Shown here: positions 1 through 7,644 of the stretch, piece by piece | How the letters are laid out: each line of letters opens with the position of its first letter | Position numbering within the stretch: the first letter of the stretch is position 1 | The notes under the pieces: model-generated | Told to the model about the DNA's origin: nothing | The model's database searches: none | The model's input: the letters and a program-made list of their open reading frames with translations, nothing else | Origin: Pseudoalteromonas translucida KMM 520 | GTDB taxonomy: Bacteria; Pseudomonadota; Gammaproteobacteria; Enterobacterales; Alteromonadaceae | Direction: 5' to 3' | DNA: 32,000 nt | Assembly: GCF_001465295.1 (NCBI RefSeq) | Contig: NZ_CP011034.1 | Span: 690,001 to 722,000 of the forward strand | Translations under genes and position numbers: made by a program

Positions 1-727
1 TAGGCTCAAACAAGGACTCTTTGTTATCTACATCAACAATGGCAAAGCCAAGTTTATTGCCAAGCATGCTAATAGGAAAACGCAGCTCAATATTGTAGCC
101 AGCCGCTGTACTGCTAAAATAGCCCTGAATTTTTGTAAAGGGTGCTTTGCTATCTGCATTAAAAGCGTTTACCCAGCCATCTTGCCGCGGGGCAATAATG
201 TAGCGGTTAAACTGCCCATCAGGTGTTTTTAAGCCAATTTTTAAATGGTCGTTATTAGTAATACTTAAACTGTTTTTTGGCCGATAAACGAGTTGGTTAT
301 CTGTTACTTTAAACAGTGCATAAAGGTAATTATCAAACTTTCCTACCATGTGCTCAAACGACAGATCGCTGGCTTGATGCTTGTTGTCGGTTTTTTGTAA
401 GTAGCGTTTGTCGTATTGCCAAAATAATGCCTGATAGCTCTCCCAATCTGTGAGCTTACCATCGAGTTGAATAGGATTTTTAAGGTTGTACGCGTATAGA
501 TCGCGGCCCTTTACAACCTGATCTAAAAAACTAGTTTGCTGATCAAATAATGCAGGGCGTTCATGCAGGGCTGTGGCTAGCGCACGGGTAGTGCCTACTA
601 AGGTTTTTTCTTGACCTTGGCGTAAAAACTTTTCCATTTCCCACACATATTCGTAGCCCAACCAGGGCAATAAAAATAAAAAGCAAGAAAGTAAAATAAA
701 CTTACTACGTAGGCCAAATCGCAACAT
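1..727 (-). CDS. Sensor histidine kinase, N-terminal sensor part only (3' end runs off the window); candidate dedicated-sortase-system kinase (PdsS-like)
   Basis: Not in the ORF track because it is edge-truncated. I translated the minus strand by hand from the ATG at 727-725. It reads MLRFGLRSKFILLSCFLFLLPWLGYEYVWEMEKFLRQGQEKTLVGTTRALATALHERPALFDQQ...GNKLGFAIVDVDNKESLFEP and stays open to base 1 (about 242 codons). It has an N-terminal TM helix. Its ATG overlaps the TAA of the upstream response regulator (TAATG), implying an RR-HK operon. Confidence 0.75.
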   Translation of the reverse strand, partial: MLRFGLRSKFILLSCFLFLLPWLGYEYVWEMEKFLRQGQEKTLVGTTRALATALHERPALFDQQTSFLDQVVKGRDLYAYNLKNPIQLDGKLTDWESYQALFWQYDKRYLQKTDNKHQASDLSFEHMVGKFDNYLYALFKVTDNQLVYRPKNSLSITNNDHLKIGLKTPDGQFNRYIIAPRQDGWVNAFNADSKAPFTKIQGYFSSTAAGYNIELRFPISMLGNKLGFAIVDVDNKESLFEP

Positions 728-1416
728 TAAATTTGCTCCCACCTATAGCCCATGCCATACACTGTGTCTATGCAGTCAAAGTTACTATCGAGTGCTATAA
801 ACTTTTTACGAATACGTTTTACGTGTGAAGTTATGGTGCTGTCGTCTACATAAATTTTTGCATCACTCATTAATTCATTACGGCTTTTAACGTGTCCGGG
901 GCGCTGTGCGAGGGAGTGCAACATCCAAAATTCGGTTACTGTTAAATCAACTAATAGTTGTTGCCAAAACACCTGCATACGCTGCGTGTCGAGCGTTAAT
1001 GGCCCGCGAGTTATAAGTGCATTTTCGTCGGCAGGTTGTTTAAGTGCTTCCATACGACGAAATAGCGCACCAATACGCGCCGCTAAATGAGCCAAACTAA
1101 TATCTTTTGTGAGGTAGTCGTCGGCGCCCATGCGTAGGCCACACACTGTGTCTATTTCGCTATCGCGAGCGGTTAAAAAAATAATAGGCAGCGTTTTAGA
1201 CAGTGAGCGCAAAGTTTGGCACAGTAAAAAACCACCATCTATTTCATTACCTAAGCCAATATCAACAATGGCTAAATCGGGCAGTACATTTTTAAACGCC
1301 GCTTCTGCGCTACTACGGTTTGCATACCCCGTTACCTGATAACCTTGTGCGCTGAGCATTTCAGTGTAGTTTTCGCGAATGGCGGGTTCATCTTCAATGA
1401 TGGCTATTTTTTTCAT
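727..1416 (-). CDS. OmpR/PhoB-family response regulator (receiver + winged-helix); candidate dedicated-sortase-system regulator (PdsR-like)
   Basis: ORF 727..1443 begins at a TTG. The ATG at 1416 (MKKIAIIEDEPAIRENY...) is preceded by AGAGGA. Receiver motifs are present (IEDE, LAIVDIGLG, FLTA). The C-terminus is an OmpR-type winged helix (LTVTEFWMLHSL...VYGMGYRW). Confidence 0.9.
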   Translation of the reverse strand: MKKIAIIEDEPAIRENYTEMLSAQGYQVTGYANRSSAEAAFKNVLPDLAIVDIGLGNEIDGGFLLCQTLRSLSKTLPIIFLTARDSEIDTVCGLRMGADDYLTKDISLAHLAARIGALFRRMEALKQPADENALITRGPLTLDTQRMQVFWQQLLVDLTVTEFWMLHSLAQRPGHVKSRNELMSDAKIYVDDSTITSHVKRIRKKFIALDSNFDCIDTVYGMGYRWEQI

Positions 1417-1478
1417 TTCTGGGTTTATCCTCTTTATTACCAACGCACTATAACGAAGTTTTTAAGCTAAGTACGCTT

Positions 1479-1548
1479 AAAAAGGCAATTGCCTTTTTTT
1501 TGCCACAATTGCTCAGTGGTTTGCCATTTTTGATCCCCTTTGTTGCCA
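1479..1548. promoter_or_regulatory. Candidate operator array in the divergent pdsR / pdsO promoter region: 20-bp perfect palindrome plus phased TTGCCA repeats
   Basis: AAAAAGGCAA|TTGCCTTTTT (1479-1498) is a perfect palindrome. TTGCC(T/A) occurs at 1489, 1500, 1521 and 1543, giving spacings of 11, 21 and 22 bp, which keeps the sites on one helical face. Nothing ends here that would need a terminator. Confidence 0.4.
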
Positions 1549-1618
1549 CTTGAGCTTGTTTTAATACACCCATCAAAACAAAACATCACAAATTAAAAAG
1601 TAAGTTTAAGGATCAATC

Positions 1619-2353
1619 ATGAAGAAGACATTAATAGCGCTAACCCTAGCGGGCGTTTTTTGCGGCCCCGCATTGGCATCAACCTCTAATAATACGGCTA
1701 CAAAAGAAGCGCACACCGAAACCGCAATAGGCTTAGGAGCGGGCGCTATTATAGGTGGTGTAGTAGGCGGCCCAATTGGTGCTTTTGTGGGAGCATTTGC
1801 TGGTGGTTTAATAGGCGATGCAAAAGTTGCTGATAACAAAATTGCCGAGCAACAGCGTGCAATAACTGTAATGACAGAAAAAACCAACGACTACCAACAC
1901 CTACTTAGCCATAACAGCCAGTTAGAGCAACAAATCGAAGTGCTTGCTAATCAAAATGAGCAGTTAACACAATCGCAAATTAATAATTTACTTGCCATGA
2001 CAGTACAGTTTAAAACTGGCTCACGTGTTATTGCGCCACATTTTGCATTGCAGTTAGATCAACTCGTCACGCTTTTAAAAAACCAGCCACAGTTAGCGCT
2101 CGATTTAAGTGGGTTTGCCGATCAACGCGGTGATGAACAAGCCAATCTTTTACTTTCAAAGGCACGTGTAAATGCGGTGCAAAGCTATTTAATAAAACAG
2201 GGCGTAAGCCACACGCGCTTAAGCACGCAAGCATTTGGTGAGCAGCAAACACTCGCTAAAACTAACACAGTAGAAGACAACACGTTTGATCGGCGGGTAA
2301 CCCTTACTACTCGTTTAATAAACTCTGTAAATAGCCAAACAGCAAGTAATTAA
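1619..2353 (+). CDS. OmpA-family protein with N-terminal glycine zipper and coiled coil (PdsO-like, sortase-system OmpA protein)
   Basis: Signal peptide MKKTLIALTLAGVFCGPALA|S. Glycine zipper GLGAGAIIGGVVGGPIGAFVGAFAGGLIG. Q/L-rich coiled coil. C-terminal OmpA-like peptidoglycan-binding domain (LSGFADQRGDEQANLLLSKARVNAVQSYL...RRV). RBS AAGGA lies 7 nt upstream of the ATG. Confidence 0.9.
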   Translation: MKKTLIALTLAGVFCGPALASTSNNTATKEAHTETAIGLGAGAIIGGVVGGPIGAFVGAFAGGLIGDAKVADNKIAEQQRAITVMTEKTNDYQHLLSHNSQLEQQIEVLANQNEQLTQSQINNLLAMTVQFKTGSRVIAPHFALQLDQLVTLLKNQPQLALDLSGFADQRGDEQANLLLSKARVNAVQSYLIKQGVSHTRLSTQAFGEQQTLAKTNTVEDNTFDRRVTLTTRLINSVNSQTASN

Positions 2354-2379
2354 ATTTAAGCCTTCGATGGAGTGATTTT

Positions 2380-4374
2380 ATGTATTTTTTGAGTAAACCA
2401 AGCAAAGTGCTTACCCTTAAATGGGTAAGCCTTTTTACACTGGGTATACTGGTGATGTTAACGAGCTTTAAAAGCCACGCACAATCTCCCAAGTTAGAAC
2501 TTTTTGATAGCAGCGGCGCGCAAGCAGGCCCTGCAATAATATTAAAAAGTGATGCAAATATGACATTAACCGGACTTATTAATCATGTTGTAGTTAAGCA
2601 AACTTATCAAAACCAAAACCCGTTTGCTGTTAATGCGCGTTATGTGTTTCCGCTGCCCGATGAAAGCGCAGTACATGCTATGACCATGCGTATTGGCGAG
2701 CGAGTAATTAAGGGCCAAATTGATAAAAAAGTGGCGGCCGAAAAAAAATATGCAGAAGCCAAACAGGCAGGCAAGCAAGCAGCACTAGTACGCCAGCAAC
2801 GCGCAAATATGTTTATTACAAACGTAGCTAATATAGCCCCTGGGGAGCAGGTTGTTATTGAGCTGGAATATCAAGAAATAATTGATTACAGCAGCGGCAC
2901 TTTTACAGTGCGCTTTCCGGGCACAATCACACCGCGTTATCATGTAACCCAAGGTGAAATTGACATAAATAAAGAAAGCCAAAAACCAACTAACTCGCTA
3001 CCACATGGTTGGCTAAGCCCAGTTTATAGCACGCAAAAAAATGACGAACAGCTAAGCAGCCAGTTTAATTTAAACTTAGATATAGACGTAGGTTTAGAGC
3101 TGGTAGATATAAATTCTAAATTTCATAATGTAAATATTCAAAACACTGCATTTGGGCAATACACAATAGAGTTAAATGAGCAAAATGCGCTAAACCGCGA
3201 CTTTGTACTGGAGTTTAAACCACTGCAAAAAGAGCAAGCTCAAGCTGCATTTTTTACCGAGCAGTTTGAAAATGGTGAACGCTACGGGCTCGCTATGCTA
3301 ATGCCGCCTGCAGATAACTTTATAGCAACGCAGCGATTAGCCCGCGAAACGGTATTTGTAGTCGATACTTCGGGCTCTATGCATGGGCAGTCTATGGAGC
3401 AAGCTAAAAACGCACTGTTTTATGCGCTATCGCTGTTAGACAGTAACGACAGTTTTAATATTGTAGGGTTTGATAATGTAGTAACCCCAATGAGCGATAA
3501 ACCTTTAGTTGCAAGTGGCTTTAATTTACGCCGTGCAGAGCGTTTTATATATGGATTACAAGCCGACGGCGGCACAGAAATACAAGGCGCACTTGATTCC
3601 GTGTTAGATGGGTCGCAGTTTGATGGTTTTGTACGCCAAGTAATATTTTTAACCGATGGTAGCGTAAGCAACGAAGATGCACTGTTTAAAAGTATTCAAG
3701 CCAAATTAGGCGATAGCCGCTTATTTACAGTTGGTATTGGCAGTGCCCCCAATAGCTTTTTTATGCGCCGTGCGGCAGATGTAGGTAAGGGCTCGTTTAC
3801 TTTTATAGGCAGCACTAGCGAGGTGCAACCTAAAATGCAGCAGTTATTTGATAAGCTCGCACACCCTGCAATTACTAATTTAGCGCTAAGCGATGAAAAG
3901 GGCAATAGCTTAGACTTTTGGCCGTCACCACTGCCAGACCTCTATTTTAATGAGCCAATAATGGTAGCTATAAAGCTCAATAATGCCAGTAATGTAATAT
4001 TAAACGGGCAAACTGCACAAGGGCCTATTAGTATTAACCTAAACACACAAGCAGGCTCAAATGCGAAAGGAATTGCTAAGCTGTGGGCTCGTCAAAAAAT
4101 TAAGTCGTTGCTGCTCTATAACTCACAAAATGCAGTTAAAGACGAAGTGCAACAATTGGCGCTTACTCATCAATTACTCAGCCCATTTACGGCTTTTATA
4201 GCAATAGAGCAAACACAAATCAATCCAATAGCAGAACAAACAGCTAATGCCACTAATGCAATACCTCAAGGTATGGCCATGCGTTTGCCGCAAACCGACG
4301 GGCAAAGCAAAGTACATATAATATTAGGAATTTTATTGTTAAGTGGGTTTGTGCTAGTAAGGCGTTTTAAATGA
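2380..4374 (+). CDS. Sortase target protein: signal peptide, VIT domain, von Willebrand factor A domain, C-terminal LPXTG-type sorting signal (LPQTD-G + TM + RRFK)
   Basis: VIT-like N-terminal region (VNARYVFPLPDESAVHAMTMRIGERVIKGQI). vWA MIDAS motif VVDTSGSM, followed by DGGTEI and LTDGS. The C-terminus LPQTDGQSKVHIILGILLLSGFVLVRRFK is a classical tripartite sorting signal. GGAG RBS upstream. Confidence 0.92.
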   Translation: MYFLSKPSKVLTLKWVSLFTLGILVMLTSFKSHAQSPKLELFDSSGAQAGPAIILKSDANMTLTGLINHVVVKQTYQNQNPFAVNARYVFPLPDESAVHAMTMRIGERVIKGQIDKKVAAEKKYAEAKQAGKQAALVRQQRANMFITNVANIAPGEQVVIELEYQEIIDYSSGTFTVRFPGTITPRYHVTQGEIDINKESQKPTNSLPHGWLSPVYSTQKNDEQLSSQFNLNLDIDVGLELVDINSKFHNVNIQNTAFGQYTIELNEQNALNRDFVLEFKPLQKEQAQAAFFTEQFENGERYGLAMLMPPADNFIATQRLARETVFVVDTSGSMHGQSMEQAKNALFYALSLLDSNDSFNIVGFDNVVTPMSDKPLVASGFNLRRAERFIYGLQADGGTEIQGALDSVLDGSQFDGFVRQVIFLTDGSVSNEDALFKSIQAKLGDSRLFTVGIGSAPNSFFMRRAADVGKGSFTFIGSTSEVQPKMQQLFDKLAHPAITNLALSDEKGNSLDFWPSPLPDLYFNEPIMVAIKLNNASNVILNGQTAQGPISINLNTQAGSNAKGIAKLWARQKIKSLLLYNSQNAVKDEVQQLALTHQLLSPFTAFIAIEQTQINPIAEQTANATNAIPQGMAMRLPQTDGQSKVHIILGILLLSGFVLVRRFK

Positions 4375-4994
4375 AAAAGTGGCTAAGCGCGGGGCTATTA
4401 ATACTTGGTTTGGGGTTTTTTGGGCATGGCGCTTACATGCAAGGCAAAGCATGGCTGGCGCAATTACTAATTGAACAGGCCTGGCAACAGGCCCTTAAAA
4501 CGCCTGAGGCAAAAGTTAAGCCATGGTTTTACGCCGATAGTTATGTAACCGCACAATTAAATTGGCCGGCGCATAATGAAAAGCTCACTGTATTAGCAGG
4601 TGCTAGCGGGCGTAATTTAGCTTTTGCGCCCAGCCACTTTTTACCCGCAGCAGAGCTTGGCAGTAAACAAGCTGGGGCACTCATTGCAGGGCATAACGAC
4701 ACTCACTTTGCTTTTATACAGCACGTTAAAGTGGGAGAGCAGTTTACCCTGCAATTACAAAATGGCACCTTACAGCATTATAAAGTCACCGGCAGCGAGG
4801 TCATTCATGAGTCAGAAAACACATTTTTACACACTGCACAATTGTATTTATTAACGTGCTACCCTTTTGACGCGTTAGCATCGGGAACCGAATTTAGGCT
4901 ATTGGTTTCGGCTGAAATGATATCGGAGATTGTCAGGTCGGTGGAAATATCCTCGCCCGACTCGGCGCTGGGGATATCAACCACTAATTCTTGA
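4371..4994 (+). CDS. Sortase (Gram-negative / marine proteobacterial type), membrane anchored
   Basis: N-terminal TM anchor (WLSAGLLILGLGFFGHGAY). Catalytic-triad context is present: AGHNDTHF (His), LYLLTCYPF (TLxTC-like Cys) and EFRLLV (Arg). The start overlaps the target gene stop (ATGA), implying translational coupling. Confidence 0.9.
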   Translation: MKKWLSAGLLILGLGFFGHGAYMQGKAWLAQLLIEQAWQQALKTPEAKVKPWFYADSYVTAQLNWPAHNEKLTVLAGASGRNLAFAPSHFLPAAELGSKQAGALIAGHNDTHFAFIQHVKVGEQFTLQLQNGTLQHYKVTGSEVIHESENTFLHTAQLYLLTCYPFDALASGTEFRLLVSAEMISEIVRSVEISSPDSALGISTTNS

Positions 4995-5890
4995 TGACGT
5001 TGGCTGATCATTACGCCAACAAATACCACAAATATACTCAGCCACTGCCACAAGTTAAGCACTTCATTTAAAATGATGGCCGAAAGAATCAGCGTAAATA
5101 TAGGAATTAAATTTGAATAAGCCGCTGCGGTTAATACCGAGACCTTACTAATAGCGTAGTTATACATACCATAACCGCCTAAAGTAACAAACGAGCCTAA
5201 ATATAAAATGCTTAATAAAGCGGTTATATTGTGCTGATTTTCACTTGGTAGGTCGATAAAAAGCAAAAACGGTGCAAAAAACAAACTGCCACTAATACCT
5301 TGCAGCGCTATAAGCGTTAACGGTGAATAACGACTCGCTAAGTGTTTAATACAAACGGTATAAAACGCCGCGCATACCATGGCCATAAGTTCTAAAAAAT
5401 TACCTAATAATGGGTTAGGTGCTTGCTCGGAGTTTGGTGAAAGCACAGTGAGTAAAATGCTGCCACCAATACAAAAAGTAAAGCCAATAATAATAGATTT
5501 ACTGATGTATTCTTTAAGCATAAAAAAAGCCAGTACAGCAATAATAATAGGCAAGCACGACACAATTACCCCCGCCTGCGATGCCGAGGTATATTCCATT
5601 GCGTGGCCTTCAAATAAAAAGTACAAGCACGGCTCAGCCAGCGACATAGCAATTAAATACTTCCAGTCACCAACTCTGTATTCAAAGCGTATTACATAGC
5701 GCCATAAGCACAGCGATAAAAATACTGTGGTTAGCATGCGTAAAAATATCACCAAAGCGGGGTCGTAAATAGCAATGGCATATTTAAGTGCAATAAAGGA
5801 ACTACCCCATAAAAAGGTGGCAATAATTAAACATAAACTGGCAGGCATAGCAGGTAATTTACACAATTGAATAAAATCAGATCCTAGCAT
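4859..5890 (-). CDS. EamA/DMT-superfamily transporter (10-TM)
   Basis: Two EamA-like halves with hydrophobic helices throughout (FLWGSSFIALKYA..., ALQGISGSLFF...), followed by an acidic low-complexity C-terminal tail. The start is ambiguous (M1 at 5890 or M15 at 5848) and neither has a clear SD. Confidence 0.85.
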   Translation of the reverse strand: MLGSDFIQLCKLPAMPASLCLIIATFLWGSSFIALKYAIAIYDPALVIFLRMLTTVFLSLCLWRYVIRFEYRVGDWKYLIAMSLAEPCLYFLFEGHAMEYTSASQAGVIVSCLPIIIAVLAFFMLKEYISKSIIIGFTFCIGGSILLTVLSPNSEQAPNPLLGNFLELMAMVCAAFYTVCIKHLASRYSPLTLIALQGISGSLFFAPFLLFIDLPSENQHNITALLSILYLGSFVTLGGYGMYNYAISKVSVLTAAAYSNLIPIFTLILSAIILNEVLNLWQWLSIFVVFVGVMISQRHQELVVDIPSAESGEDISTDLTISDIISAETNSLNSVPDANASKG

Positions 5891-5966
5891 GAATATATTT
5901 TACTTGTTGAAAAATACCCAGCTGGTATAAATAAATTCATCTTTAATTATTCAGTAGTAAAAATAA

Positions 5967-7070
5967 ATGCAAAGGGATCAGGTAATCGTTGTAAAGCTAG
6001 GTACAAGCGTACTGACTGGCGGCACCGATAAGCTAGATAAAGCGCATATGGTTGAGCTAGTGCGCCAATGTTGTGAGCTTAAAAAGCAAGGGCATCACGT
6101 TATTTTAGTTTCGAGCGGAGCCGTGGCGGCCGGACGAGAGCAATTACTAAAACCCTGTGGCCGCAGCGTAATAGATAAGCAAATGCTAGCAGCGGTTGGT
6201 CAAGGCCAGCTCATTCATATTTGGCAAAGCTTGTTTGCTTTGTATGGTGTAAACGTAGGGCAAATGCTGTTAACCCGCGCCGATGTTAACGACCGAGAGC
6301 GCTATTTAAATGCCCGCGATACGCTAAATGCATTATTAAGCTACGATGTAGTGCCCATCATTAACGAAAATGATGCGGTTGCTACTAGTGAAATAAAAGT
6401 TGGCGATAACGATAACTTATCAGCGCTGGTGGCTATTTTAGCTAATGCCAATAAGCTGTTATTGCTTACCGATCAAGAAGGGTTATTTACCAGCGATCCG
6501 CGCACTAATGCCGATGCCACATTAATTGGTGAAGTGACCCACATTAACGACGAATTGCGCCAGCTTGCTGGTGGTAGTGGCACAAATTTAGGCACCGGCG
6601 GTATGGCAACTAAACTGCAAGCAGCCGACATTGCAAGGCGTGCTGGGGTTGAGGTTATAATTGCCAAAGGTGCGGATAAAAATGTCATTTTAAAATGTAT
6701 GAGCGAGCAACTGCCCGGCACACGTTTTTTAAAGCTCACTGCGCCAAAAGAAGGGCGTAAAAAGTGGTTACTCGCTGGGCCTAAAAGTAGCGGACAAATT
6801 GTTATAGATGCCGGTGCAATAACCGCGCTGCAAACTAAAGGTGCAAGCTTACTTGCTAAAGGCGTGACTAATGCGCTGGGAACATTTGAGCGCGGCGATC
6901 TAATAAGTGTAATAAATAGCGACAAGCAACTCATTGCTCGCGGGTTAACCCGCTTTAGCAGCAGCGAAGTTAATAAAATTAAAGGCGCGCACTCTAAGCA
7001 AATAGGTGAATTACTTGATTACGATGGCGGGGCTGAAGTACTGCATCGCGATGACTTAATTTTACTATAA
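5967..7070 (+). CDS. proB: Glutamate 5-kinase with C-terminal PUA domain
   Basis: [28 protein letters not shown] and GDNDNLSA motifs. PUA-like C-terminus (IVIDAGA...GDLISV). Confidence 0.95.
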   Translation: MQRDQVIVVKLGTSVLTGGTDKLDKAHMVELVRQCCELKKQGHHVILVSSGAVAAGREQLLKPCGRSVIDKQMLAAVGQGQLIHIWQSLFALYGVNVGQMLLTRADVNDRERYLNARDTLNALLSYDVVPIINENDAVATSEIKVGDNDNLSALVAILANANKLLLLTDQEGLFTSDPRTNADATLIGEVTHINDELRQLAGGSGTNLGTGGMATKLQAADIARRAGVEVIIAKGADKNVILKCMSEQLPGTRFLKLTAPKEGRKKWLLAGPKSSGQIVIDAGAITALQTKGASLLAKGVTNALGTFERGDLISVINSDKQLIARGLTRFSSSEVNKIKGAHSKQIGELLDYDGGAEVLHRDDLILL

Positions 7071-7150
7071 TAAAAAGCAGTATAGCTGAATAAACAAGCT
7101 CACTTTATAACAGCTAAATAATTAACCTGACCCAAGGCTGAGCTTACAAA

Positions 7151-7187
7151 GCTCAAATATACTGACAGAGTATATTTGAGCTTTTTT
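7151..7187 (+). terminator. Rho-independent terminator after proB
   Basis: 12-bp perfect stem GCTCAAATATAC (7151-7162) / GTATATTTGAGC (7170-7181), 7-nt loop, then TTTTTT. Confidence 0.8.
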
Positions 7188-7246
7188 GCTGCTATTTTTG
7201 TGTTAAAATCTGGCACCTTAAATTTGTTGTAAATAGAGTGCAGTTA

Positions 7247-7606
7247 ATGAAATTAGTTCGTTGGTTATTAGGAAGTATAATTTTATTCTTTAATTTTGTA
7301 TTTACGCCACGTAGTAAAAAACGTGCTCCAGAAGTGCAACAGCAGCTTGATCAGCAAACCGCACAATTTAAGCTTTATCAATTTAAAGCATGCCCGTTTT
7401 GTGTAAAAGTGCGCCGTGCTATTAAGCGCGAAGGCCTTAAAATAGAAACGCGTGATGCAAAAAGCAATGAGCAATATCGTCAAGAACTGTTAGAACAAGG
7501 CGGAAAAGTTAAAGTGCCTTGTCTGCGCATCGAGCAAAATGGCCAAGTAACTTGGCTATACGAATCAAACGATATTATTGCTTATATAAACAAAGTAGCA
7601 GCATAA
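7247..7606 (+). CDS. Glutaredoxin-family protein with N-terminal hydrophobic segment
   Basis: CPFC active site ([13 protein letters not shown]) and the VPCL motif typical of the thioredoxin fold. The ORF track starts at GTG 7238; the ATG at 7247 ([15 protein letters not shown]) is preferred. A candidate extended -10 (TGtTAAAAT) lies at 7201-7209. Confidence 0.85.
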   Translation: MKLVRWLLGSIILFFNFVFTPRSKKRAPEVQQQLDQQTAQFKLYQFKACPFCVKVRRAIKREGLKIETRDAKSNEQYRQELLEQGGKVKVPCLRIEQNGQVTWLYESNDIIAYINKVAA

Positions 7607-7644
7607 ATAACTTTACCATCTCACTTATTAAAAGAGACATTACC

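Noticed and set aside
1479-1498. A5-GGCAATTGCC-T7 palindrome considered as a bidirectional intrinsic terminator
   Set aside because: It lies between two divergently transcribed start codons, so no transcript ends here. The stem has only three G-C pairs. It is treated as a candidate operator instead.
1606-1887. 93-aa minus-strand ORF rich in Pro/Ala
   Set aside because: It is the antisense reading of the GGN/GCN-rich glycine-zipper segment of the OmpA-like gene. It has no RBS and no independent support.
6473-6934. 153-aa antisense ORF inside proB, and similar antisense ORFs inside the vWA gene, guaB, guaA, xseA, the helicase gene, the M16 gene and the hybrid kinase gene
   Set aside because: All lie fully within well-supported genes on the opposite strand, have biased mirror-codon compositions and lack RBSs.
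7519-7644. N-terminal 42-codon extension of the gltX ORF, overlapping the glutaredoxin gene
   Set aside because: The canonical GltX N-terminus ([13 protein letters not shown]) starts at the ATG at 7645. The extension has no homology and would overlap the upstream CDS by 88 nt.
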